A DNA stretch of 64,000 nucleotides from Ministeria vibrans ATCC 50519 (lineage: Eukaryota > Protista > Filasterea). Positions within the stretch are counted from its first letter, which is position 1. Each line of letters starts with the position of its first letter. The notes under the pieces are model-generated. The model was not told the origin of the DNA and made no database searches. It worked only from the letters and a program-made list of their open reading frames with translations. Location of the stretch: NCBI GenBank assembly GCA_943704425.1, contig CALSCP010002175.1, forward strand, positions 62,001 to 126,000. The letters are read 5' to 3'. The translations under genes and the position numbers were made by a program. Below, in pieces: positions 12,774 to 23,404 of the stretch.

Positions 12774-13895
12774 TCATTCAGTGTCCATTGGGCGTCTGCG
12801 CGTCCTTTCGTTCTCAATGTCCTTATTAACCTGAGCCAATCGGCCCTCCGCAGCCCTCAACTAACAGAGACAGAACAGATGACCTCCCACACATACACAC
12901 ACGCAAACACACAGACAGGCTTTCGCTCACCTTTGCTTTGTGCTCCTCACATTCCCTAATCAGTGCCGCACGTTCGCGACACAGCGCCTCTTCACGTTCC
13001 CGTGTCACTTTGGCATCTTCTAGTGAGCTTTCTTCACCTGCAATCCGTGCTCGTGTCACCTCCAGTAGATGCCCAAGTCGGTTCTGGCCCCTACAAAAAG
13101 AATAACAATTGTTATACAATCTCACTATTCAACGATGCTTTCTCATACGTCGAATCGCCACCGTCGCCCCAGTACGAATCGTTGCGTGTGTGTTCCACCA
13201 ACTTGGCATTTCCAGTGCCTAGCAGACGTGCCTTCAAGTTTTCATGTTGCGTAAACTACACGAGAGAGTGTTAGCCAGTCAGGCAGTCAGACAACACTAT
13301 CAAGTTACCTTTGCGTACAGCGCCCGCTCCATCACAGCCTCCTTCACTGCCTCCCAGTCCTTGCGCTTGTAGTCATTTAACTCTCGAGCGCGCGTGAATG
13401 CGTCGCGGGGCGTCACCTGTCGCTCTATCTCGTCGGGAATGTGCATGACCTTTCCTGTGAATTTGTGTGCCTGGAAATAATGCTCGGTCGTCGGCCACCG
13501 GCGGCCGTCAAGGACAATCTACAGCCAGCACACAGAGAAACGTGTTAGCAGCTGGGAGGGAGGCGGACGAGGCGCGCGGGCTTACAGGAGAGTCATGGAA
13601 GTTGGTAAACTCGTAGAATTCTTTGTTTTTGTCGTAGAAATTGATGACGCGCTGAACCTAGAGGATCAAACAAGCGCCAGATGAGGCCAGAAGACGCACT
13701 TGGTCGTGTTCCCACCTCCTGCTTGGCGTGCACTGTGGGCTTGTGTCCGCAGACGCACGTTTGAGATAATTCCGAAGGATCAAACCGATCGCACGACAAA
13801 CTGCGCATTGTGGTGAGACACGCGATGAACACAGCGCCGCTGTTGCCTTACCATGTGTTGCAGTTGTACCGTAGCACCCCTTCAGCGTCCTCCAT
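12774..13895 (-). CDS. NADAR/YbiA-family protein with N-terminal Cys/His module and C-terminal coiled coil (NADAR-3)
   Basis: MEDAEGVLRYNCNTC|LSCDRFDPSELSQTCVCGHKPTVH...INFYDKNKEFYEFTNFHDSP|IVLDGRRWPTTEHYFQAHKF...KRKDWEAVKEAVMERALYAK|FTQHENLKARLLGTGNAKLVEHTRNDSYWGDGGD|GQNRLGHLLEVTR...MDTE*. Confidence 0.92.
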
Positions 13896-14095
13896 CTCAA
13901 AATAATCAACAGATGAAATTATAAAAGTGAATTAAAACTGAAACTCAAAATAATTATGATTACCTCGTAATAATAATAATAATAATTAATAGTATGTTCA
14001 TTCATTTGAAAAAGAAAAAGAGAGCAAGGTGATACCATAACAGACACACACAGTCGATACGAAGGTCGTAACAAAAGCGTTTACTATTGTATTAA

Positions 14096-15800
14096 TTATC
14101 TCAAGACTCCAATGACACAATATCGATCGTCCTTGTTTACCTACAAAAACATTGGTTACTCTCATCCCTTTGTCCATCATTGACTCACCTGTCGCACCAT
14201 CTCACAGACAACCAGAGCAGCACCTCCGCCATAGTCGATAGCATGACACTTTTCGGGATAGGAGTGCGTTGTGCGCTTGGGGAGGATGCCAGTGCGCACC
14301 AGTACGCACAGTGCACATTTTTTTGACTTCGAACAGACACCAGTGTGCGGGCACCGCGTAGCCACATCCAAGTACACCAGCGAAATATTACTAGTACTAC
14401 CACCATTACTGCTGCTACTGTTGCTACTGCTACTGATACTGCGAAGTTCCCGCTGTGCCGCCACATTGCACACCGCAAGGAACGGCAGGTGCACCGGCAA
14501 CGCGTACTCTGTGTGCGTCAGTGGTCGTTGAGTGAAGTACGGCTCAAACTCGGACGCATGCGCCTGTCCGCAGAATTCGTGGTACTTCGTTGCGCTCTCC
14601 ATCGCGCATTTTAGTGTACATCCAATGAAATTGCATCGAGGCGCTGCAGAAAGAAAAGAAGAAAAACACAGAATCAGAAAGCTGTTTTCGTTTTTCGGGA
14701 GTGTTACCATGAGAATGGCACATGGAAAGCTCATTTCCATTCTTGTCGCGTGCGCGTGTATTGCGACAAACGGAAGGGTGGGCGCAGTCTTGACTGAAGA
14801 AGAGACTGGCGGCTTTCTGCAGAAGGCTCTTGTTGCTCCTGACGGACGACGAGTCGCTTCTGCAATGGTGACACAACTGATGATCGGGGCTTGACAGCCG
14901 CACCTGACACTTGCTACATTGTATCTCGCTTGACGATGCTTCTGCTGTGGCTGGGGGTGGAAGCGGGAGCCGCGTGTCTTGGTGTGACCTCTGAGTCAGT
15001 GAGCTGTGGCTACTTGCGTGTGCGCTCTCCGGCCTGGTATGAGAAACTGTATCGTTGACTGACGAGGCAGAGAGGGGCTTATCACAATGATCGGCCAATG
15101 CGTGTCCGCAATAGTCGCAAGCAAAGGGGTCAAAAGGATCACACAGCACCTTGTGTGACCCCTCTTCGATAGAGCAAGCCGCGCACACAAGGGCCCGGCT
15201 GTGGTCTTGCGGCGAGTGCGCCGAGCGTTGGTGATGGCATTTGGCGCAAGCACCAGTCTCAGTTGTTGAGACATGGTCAAGAAAGTGAAGACGCTGCATA
15301 TGCTCACATTCGCTGCAAGAGACAAGCTGTATGCGTCCTGGCACATCTGCTGCGACTCCTTCACGATGGGCGTCTGGTCCTGACACATCCGCTTCGTCCT
15401 CCACCGCCCCTGCAGCAGCTGCGACTCCTTCCCGATTGGCGTCTAGCCCTGACACATCCGCCTGGCCCTCCACCGCCCCTGCAGCAGGCGCGACGCCTTC
15501 CCCGTTGGCTCGTTCCAGCCGCAGTTGCTCTCGAACGCATTGTTCAACCTCCTCGCCGCGTTCCGGTTCACAGTGCGAAATATAGCAGTGGTCGCAGTAC
15601 TCGCACTCGTCCCACAGCGTGGTCGTTTGATAGCGGTGCAGGTGGTCGCACCCTTGCTGGGTGCACTGAGCCAAGTGCGGCAAATGGAAGAGGCGAGAGC
15701 AGCCGCAGAGGCAACTGCGCGCATCCGCATTCCCTCCGGCGCCTCTGAACTCAACGCACGCATTGCTCCCGTACTGGCACTTGGTACAGGCACGGAGCAT
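14096..15800 (-). CDS. Cys/His-rich multi-zinc-finger protein with a putative degenerate ART-like C-terminus (paralogue of 3620-5759)
   Basis: Shares CGCSRLFHLP, ECxYCDHxY..HCEPER, CAACS..E.SHK.L.DP.DPFACDYCGHALADH, APRCNF.GC and LVVCE with 3620-5759, and has the same intron positions. Confidence 0.75.
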
Positions 15801-16182
15801 AGTTAACAAAGAAATTGATTACTGATTCCTCCTCGACAGTCCTAATCTGTCCTATTGAGTATTGACGTTCGAAATGAACAACCTGGATAATAAAAATAAG
15901 ACAATAATAATTATTAATAATATTAAAAATAATAATAATAATAATTATTATAATAATATAATAATAATAATAATAATTGATGTAAACTTCTAACCTTGCT
16001 TGGCTGTCTCGTCGAATCGTCTTTGACTCATCACGATTTCCCCCCGAACTTCTCCAAACAAACTACATTTTCCTTCACTTTGTTTCAGCTCGTGCACCCG
16101 CGGAACATGAACGGAACATCCGCGCTCCATCCGACGCCGCAAGTTCACGTATCACGTATGGGTTTGATCCAGCCATGAGCTA

Positions 16183-16333
16183 NNNNNNNNNNNNNNNNNN
16201 NNNNNNNNNNNNNNNNNNNNNNNNNNNNNNNNNNNNNNNNNNNNNNNNNNNNNNNNNNNNNNNNNNNNNNNNNNNNNNNNNNNNNNNNNNNNNNNNNNNN
16301 NNNNNNNNNNNNNNNNNNNNNNNNNNNNNNNNN
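16183..16333. other. Assembly gap (run of N)
   Basis: Direct inspection. Adjacency across the gap relies on scaffolding. Confidence 1.
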
Positions 16334-16964
16334 NGGGTGCTAGCGTGCGCGTTATCTATCCTTTTTAGGGCTTCGTTCGCTTGTGACAAAAAGCGAAAAA
16401 AAAATTTCAAAAAAATACCGTTTGCACCCGAAATCGCCTTCGCAAGCGGTCTATTGTCTCACCGGAGCTTCACACTGGCTATGTAGCCTTGTGTTTGGCT
16501 ATTTGTGGGTGCTAGTGCTTTCGCGATTGCATGATTTGTCGGCAACCCATTTTACTGCAGTTCTGTACCGAATCTGTGTACCGCTTGGCTTTTCGCCCTC
16601 GGGGCTAAGTAGGTCTGCTACTCCCACAGCCAATTCACGCACATTCAGCTACGTACATGCACCCCACTGTTAACTGTTTCCATATCCTCACCATCCTCAC
16701 CCAAACACCACGCAGTCGCACACAATCCCTCTCCAGTTCACCTCGAGCACGGTGAGTGGGGAATCGCCTTCGAATAGCCTCCATTATCCAACCGCACAAA
16801 CACTCATTTTTTCACGTGCTGTGGTGACGTCTCTGAGCTGCCTTTCTTAGCTTTGTGCTCATCAGCGCTTATCATACGTCTCAATATGATAGGCATTATA
16901 AAGAATTAATAATAATAATAGTATTAATAAAGTGTATTCAAAATACTACTTAGTAGAGTCAGCT

Positions 16965-17138
16965 ATGCATTCTTGTCAACTTGTCCTGCTCGCCCTGGTG
17001 GGAGTGTTTGCCGTTGCACATGGCGGTTTTACTCGTTGTCGAGCAGAGTATGTGTGCACTGGATCTGACGTCGTTTTGTCTGACATCAGCAGCACTTCTG
17101 AAATGCAAGAAATTGCGTCTTGCCAGAAAGTAAGTACA

Positions 17139-17176
<38 letters not shown>

Positions 17177-17195
17177 GAGTATTATGAGTATTATG

Positions 17196-17233
<38 letters not shown>

Positions 17234-17614
17234 GAGTATTATTATTATTATTATTATTATGAGTATTATGAGTATTATGAGTATTATGAGTATTATGAGT
17301 ATTATGAGTATTATTATTATTTACATTCATGTGGGTGATTAGCAAAATCCCTCATCACTGTCTCTTTGCTGTAGCTCACGACGGGTGTGCATTACTGTCG
17401 CCTTGACTTGATTCGCCTGTCCTCAGGGAGCCCTTCCGCAGCCATCAATGAAATCGCCTGCGATTACACGGTCGTGGCCATTGGCGCGAAAGATGGCTCG
17501 TGTGAATTCAAGAAAGGATCTCTTGCTGGCCCCTTAATGGCTGTTGGGGATAGCTATCAGACTAGCGATACCACGTGTACTCTCATCTCCGCGCACACCA
17601 CGGTCGTTAGCTGA
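16965..17614 (+). CDS. Small secreted Cys-containing protein, two exons, unknown function
   Basis: Signal-peptide-like MHSCQLVLLALVGVFAVAHG; a GT-AG intron filled with (ATT)n/(ATTATGAGT)n repeats; exon 2 ends AHTTVVS*. Confidence 0.6.
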
Positions 17615-19293
17615 TTTCCTATGAACACGAAAACAATTCCAAAAAAATATCCAAACAATACAAATCAATCGTCTTCGCCTCGATGATTTTAACATTAGTG
17701 GTTCTGCAAGATGCATGTTGTCTATTTGCGCTGTTGCTTATTGTTTGTAATTGACAATGATTATGGATAATTGAAGAAGAATACCCAACCCATTTATTCA
17801 TGGGATACAGTCACGTTACAGACACCACGCGAAAACACAGCCAGACCGCCTTGCAAACTCAACCGAAACTCTACAAGAAACATGGGAGAACAGTGGTAGA
17901 TAATAGTGCTGTGTCGACGCTATCCAGTGAGGCAATCGCAATGGCACGCCATACCCCCAGTGGAGGCTTAGGGCTCTGACGCTATGGAAGATCACTCACT
18001 CCGCCGCCCGCCGCCCGCTCGAAGGTGTCTGTCGGCAAGAAGTGTGGGTTCGGATCGGTGGTCGGCGGCGGCAAGTCCAGGTGGCTGCGGGGGCGCTTCC
18101 GTGGTAACACAGGCAGGGCATATCGGCTGCAGCCTGCAGGGCGGCTGGTGTACTTGTTGTTGTGGCTGTGTGTTAGGTTATGAAGATGAAGATATGGATG
18201 GGTAGGGGAAAAAAGGGGGACTCGGGGGAGGTTCGGGAGTGTGAAACATCTGGGGTGGCGTTGACGGCGACGATGAAACATTTGTACATCTTCTCCAGGC
18301 GATGAAATGCTTCTTAATCTGCGTCGTTGGTCGCACGTAGTGCCCTCGGCAAGTATTATAAAATGATGATGAGAGCGGCTCTCACATGGATATTACCGCC
18401 CTGCGTCATCACATATTATTTTTCAACACACTAGTCACTACATACACATACAGTGTTGCTCGCAAAAGAACGCTCCGATTTGCAGGGATTCGCAGCGCTT
18501 TTGGGTTGGTCACGGAAGCTCTGAAGAGAGAGGGCTACGAATTTGACACATATGAACACCATACACAGACACAGCGAGGTAATACGAGCTGGAATACTGT
18601 TGGAGACTTGGAGTGTTGATCGTGACGCGATTATGTGAATAAACTATAAAGTGTGGTAAAGCGCAAGGGACAAGCACGATCAAACAAAAATGTTTTAACA
18701 ACCATCAAAGTCAATAATCACCAAAGAGTTTAACCAAACCGATTTCTCATGACTCATTTCATTTTTTCTTCCCCAAAACTGTATACGGGTACGCTAAAAT
18801 CATAATTCCCTGTAGTAGTGGTCGTGTCAAATTCTGAGTTCCTTCAAAGCTCTTTTGAACCGAGTGCGTTTCTCTTGTGCGTTTCGGCTAAATTCGAACG
18901 TGCTCATTTCGCGGCGGCTGAACGCAAGCTAAGCTCTCAGGTTGCCTCGCACGTTGTTGTATTCCCGACAAAGTAGACTGTGTTGCAGGTTGCTCTTCTT
19001 CTCTTGCGCGCGGTACACTTTCGGGTCACTCACTTTTTTTTTCAACGTTCGAGTTTTTTTCTCTTTTTCTTACCATTCTTTGTCGAAATTTTTTCGACTG
19101 TTGTTATTCTGCATTCCCTCGATTGGAAGGCTCCGTGCTGGAGCGTGCGCTTGAGTTTGTTTTATTCCGTTGTGTGGTGTGTATTGGCGGTGTGTCCGTT
19201 GCATGAAAATGTGTTTCTGCCGGACTTTCAGTTTTCTTTCACTTTCCTTTCACATAATTCTCTACATCTTTCACTTTCTTTGTAGAAACTAAA

Positions 19294-22200
19294 ATGGCGA
19301 TGGTTCCACTTCTGTTTTTCGTCTGTTGCCTGTCCCTTGTCGGGAGCACATCCGCCAGTGCGTGGATGCAGCCGAGGAGCTTGCAGCTTTCCCAGGGCAT
19401 CTGCGGCTCGTCAAGCTTCTTTTTTGACGATCAGATTTGCTTCGCTGGTGGAGGAACGCTTTGGTACAATGACTTTGCTGATTCTCCAGCGGACCATTTC
19501 ATATGGCTTACCAACGCGGTGTTGTGCCTCTCAACTGACAACGAATGGATTGATTACTCCGCGCCTGCGCTGCCATACAAAGCCGCACTGCACGCTACGC
19601 TGGCTTTCACCGCAAACACAGTGTGGGACTACGAATCCGTCCTCCTTGTCGGCGGTCGTGTCGGCTTTGGCCCCTCTAATACTGACAAAGCGTATATTCT
19701 CCAGGACTACGAGTGGACGGAAGTTGATCCGATGCCTCGCGGAGGAAGGGCGGGCCACTCTCTTGTGGGTCCCTTCTCAAACGGTGATGTGTACGTTGTG
19801 TGCGGTGGCGAGCAAGTGATCGAAATCTACAATACCTTGTCAAGCACTTGGCTCGATGGTCCCACCGTGCCCAATACGCAATGTTTGTTTGCTGCTGCAG
19901 CAATGATTGAGTCAAAATTGGTTGTGGTTGGTGGTAGCGAAGAGAGCCCAAAGTCTGCGTGGGTTTGGGACGTTTCGTCGTCACAAGGCTCTAGCTCAGC
20001 TGCCTGGGTGAGGGGTGCTTCGCTACCCTGGCTGTTGTCGTCAGGCGCCTATATGAGCGGTGTTGCCGTTCTCTTCAACACTCGTATGTGCATTGTTGGC
20101 GGCGCTACTTACGCTGTTGGTGCACAAGTCGCTACGTCATCATCGGTCCTCTGCGGCACAGGCTTGCCAGGCTCCTCGTGGGAGTCGCTTCCATTGCTTC
20201 CAGAAGGCGTGCGCTACACAACAGCAGTACTGGCCTATTCGTCGCATGACATTTATCTTGCTTCCATTGGAGGCGTCGTGACAGAGCAGAACAATGCACT
20301 CTCAAGTGTGAATATTCTAGATGTGGATCAAATCCTGACATCGACATCGCTGTATTGTACTCTACCGTGTCAAAACGGAGGCTACTGTGCGCCAATGGAT
20401 CCAGGATTGGGTCCAGCCTCCTTGCCGGATTTGGTGTGGGAAAACCAGTGCAAGTGTCCCTTTTCCTACACGGGAGCTCAGTGCGAGACCTTTGTCTCTC
20501 TCCCGCCTTGCGACCCCAGCACGTCTGCCGAGTGTGCAAATGGTGGATCGTGTGTGCTGACAAGCCCGACTACCTTTGAATGCATTTGTCCCGCGACGTA
20601 CACCGGCTACACCTGCGAATCATTGACCTCCAATGTCGACCCATGTGCTCTGAGTCCGTGCCGCAATGGCGGGTCATGCCTGAACGTGGCACATCTCTTC
20701 TTTTCTTGCCTGTGCCCGGTGGGGTTCGTCGGGGGGGAGTGTGAGACGTCCTTGAGCGCCCCTCCCCTTTCGATGGCCATCTGCGATTCGTCGCCCTGTT
20801 TGAATGGGGGAACGTGCACCGTGGCCGAGGTCAACAGCACCATGGAAGAATGGAGATGCGAGTGCGACGCGGTCACGAGCGGATTCACCGGTAGTCGGTG
20901 TCAGCTCACGGTTGCAAGCGAATTGTGTGAATCAAGCCCATGCGCCAATGGAGGAACATGTGTGGGCGTTGATGCTACAGAAAAAACTCGACGGACGTCT
21001 TCCGTGGATCCCGAGTGGATGTGCGTGTGCCTGAGCGGCTTCACCGGCGATCGTTGTTTGGTGCAAAATGGATCCTGCTCGGCCACCGCCATTTCCTTGG
21101 GCGAAAAGTACTGTCGCAATGGTGGGTATTGTCAGGTGGCGCCAAATGGACACGTGGCGTGTGCGTGTCCCCAGGAGTTTAGCGGTGCGTATTGTGAGGT
21201 GCCGATCAATGCCACTCGGTGTGTCACCTCGCCCTGTCTCAATTCAGGACTGTGTCTGGCATTTAAGAATGGACGTCACTTTTGTGAGTGCTATCCTGGC
21301 TATACCGGTACCACTTGCGAAACGCTCACAATATCGAGCTGCTTGTCGTCTCCTTGTCTCAATGGCGGCCTGTGCATTTCGTCACTGACTGCGTCGCTCG
21401 ATGGGACTCCCGAATGGGCGTGTCGATGCCCAACGGGCTTTGTGGGAATCGACTGCTCCACCGTTCTGCTGCCCAGCGCATGTGATGCTCGTCCCTGTGA
21501 AAACGGGGGTATTTGCTCGGTGCAACAGCTCAACCAGTTTGTGTGCAGGTGTGGCATCGGTTTTACAGGCGATAAGTGCCAGGTAAAACTGCCGACTTGT
21601 GCGTCATTGCCTTGCTTCAATGGAGGCACTTGCTTTTACAATGAACATGGTACGACCATGGTTTGCGCGTGCAGTGCACATTATACCGGAACCAGGTGCG
21701 AAACAGCTGACGAGGCAGCAACGCCCGAGTCGTTGGGTGCGTCGGGCCCGAATCATAGTACATTCATTGTGATTGCCGTCTTGGTACTCTTGGCAACTCT
21801 CGCTCTTGTATTGGCGCTCACCTTTTACGTGTGGCGGCGGAGACGATCTAATCGGCAGGCGGCGCTACCCGATCATCACAGTGACCTACGCGAGTACCTT
21901 ATTGTTGATCATGGACAGGCAACGGGCGAATGTGATGACGACGCAACGTACACGATGGAGATGGAGGATTCAGGATCAATGGCGAGCCGGGTGCCCTCAT
22001 CTTGGAAGAAATTACCCGCGGACGCATGTATGTCTAGTGGCTTTGATCAGGTGGATGTGACCGCGACGTTGGGTCGGTGCTTTGAAGAGCTTATGAATGG
22101 GACGGCTCGACCGCAGTCGCATGGCAGAGGACGCGACAGCCATGGCTTCAGCTTCCAACGGTTTGCCATTCAAAGGGTGTTTCACATTCAAAATTATTAT

Positions 22201-22591
22201 CTCTGGGCGGACTACGATCGCGAGCGCGGACGCATTCGTGCTAAACTCCCGCGCGCCGTCGACAGGTCGTTCCTCGCCTCTCCCATTTTAACTTCAAACT
22301 TTAAAATTCCTGGCTCACCTCTCTCCGCAGACATTGGCGAGTACTTTTTCTTTCATGGAACAAAGGTAAAGTGCCCTTTGGTAAACTTGTTATTAACACT
22401 ATTATGTTTAATAGTCGTCTCTTGCCCATACGATCAAAGCGACTGGATTTGATGATCGGGTGGCGAGCCAAAAGGGAATGTTTGGTGCTGGATGCTACTT
22501 TGCCGAATCGTACGTCTTCAATTATGATATTAATATAAGAAAAGAGTGTACAATGTCAAAACAAGATAGTATACAAAACAAACAGCGATAC

Positions 22592-22642
<51 letters not shown>

Positions 22643-22977
22643 TATTATTAATACAAGTATAATAATAATAACTATGACGTAATAACTGGCTGTTTAGAGC
22701 GTCGAAAAGCGATCAATACGTTCCCGCCAGAGACACAACCTTCTGCATGTTTGTGTGTCGAGTTGTCCTTGGACGAGCAGTCACGACGAGTATGTCTGAT
22801 TGCAATATGCGCCGACCACCCTGCATCGAGGGGCACATCCATGAACCGTGTGCGCACGAGCGCTACGACAGCCTCATTGCCGTCCCCGACGTTCTCAGCG
22901 CACGCTTTCGCGAGTTTATCGTCTTTGACCGGCGTCAGACATACCCTGAGTATTACCTCGAGTACAAGAGAGAATAA
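19294..22977 (+). CDS. Single-pass receptor: signal peptide, Kelch-like propeller, 10 EGF repeats, TM helix, cytoplasmic ART (PARP/tankyrase-like) domain
   Basis: Kelch-type GG/W repeats (VGG...W...MP...RAGHS); ten CxNxGxC...CxCxxxx(G)xxC units; TM FIVIAVLVLLATLALVLALTFYVW followed by RRRR; then EYFFFHGTK|...GFDDRVASQKGMFGAGCYFAES|ASKSDQY...MFVCRVVLG...RFREFIVFDRRQTYPEYYLEYKRE*. Confidence 0.9.
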
Positions 22978-23134
22978 GAGAAGAAAAAGAATACAATAGT
23001 CATTTTTTTAAGCCAACCTGTGCCTCAGGAATGCCTCAGTACCAGTCACATTTATGAAACATTTATTCCCCAAACAATCATAACTCATACTAGAATTACT
23101 TTTTTTGTTACATTTTGCTGATTTGAATAATGAC

Positions 23135-23340
23135 TCGAAAGCGATCACTACAACCCGACCGTTTGTTTACCGTCAGCAAGGCTCTGCATCGAGGGCCCAT
23201 CCTCAAACTGTGTGCTCACCCGTGCACACACACAAGCGCTACGGCTGCCTCATTGCCATCCCTACTGTTTGCAGTGCACGCATTTGGGGGGAGTTGTACT
23301 GGAGTCAAACTTTCCCCGAGTGTCTCGTCGACAAATCCTC
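23135..23340 (+). pseudogene. Degenerate tandem copy of the last (ART) exon of the receptor gene
   Basis: Nucleotide matches to 22701-22970: tcgaaa(a)gcgatca, ctgcatcgaggg, agcgctacg..gcctcattgcc.tccc, cag.gcacgc; contains deletions and frameshifts. Confidence 0.65.
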
Positions 23341-23404
23341 GAAATCAAGAGACGGTGAAAAAACAAAACAACTTTTCATTGATGACTGTATTTTCTTCAC
23401 TATG

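Noticed and set aside
5910-13895. Bacterial contamination or a literal DarTG operon
   Set aside because: All genes carry spliceosomal introns and eukaryotic zinc-finger modules, and the ARTs are not recognisably DarT orthologues; the analogy is functional only.
17982-18701. Short ORFs 17984-18205, 17982-18281 and 18386-18619
   Set aside because: No recognisable motifs or consistent exon chain, so I cannot support them as genes.
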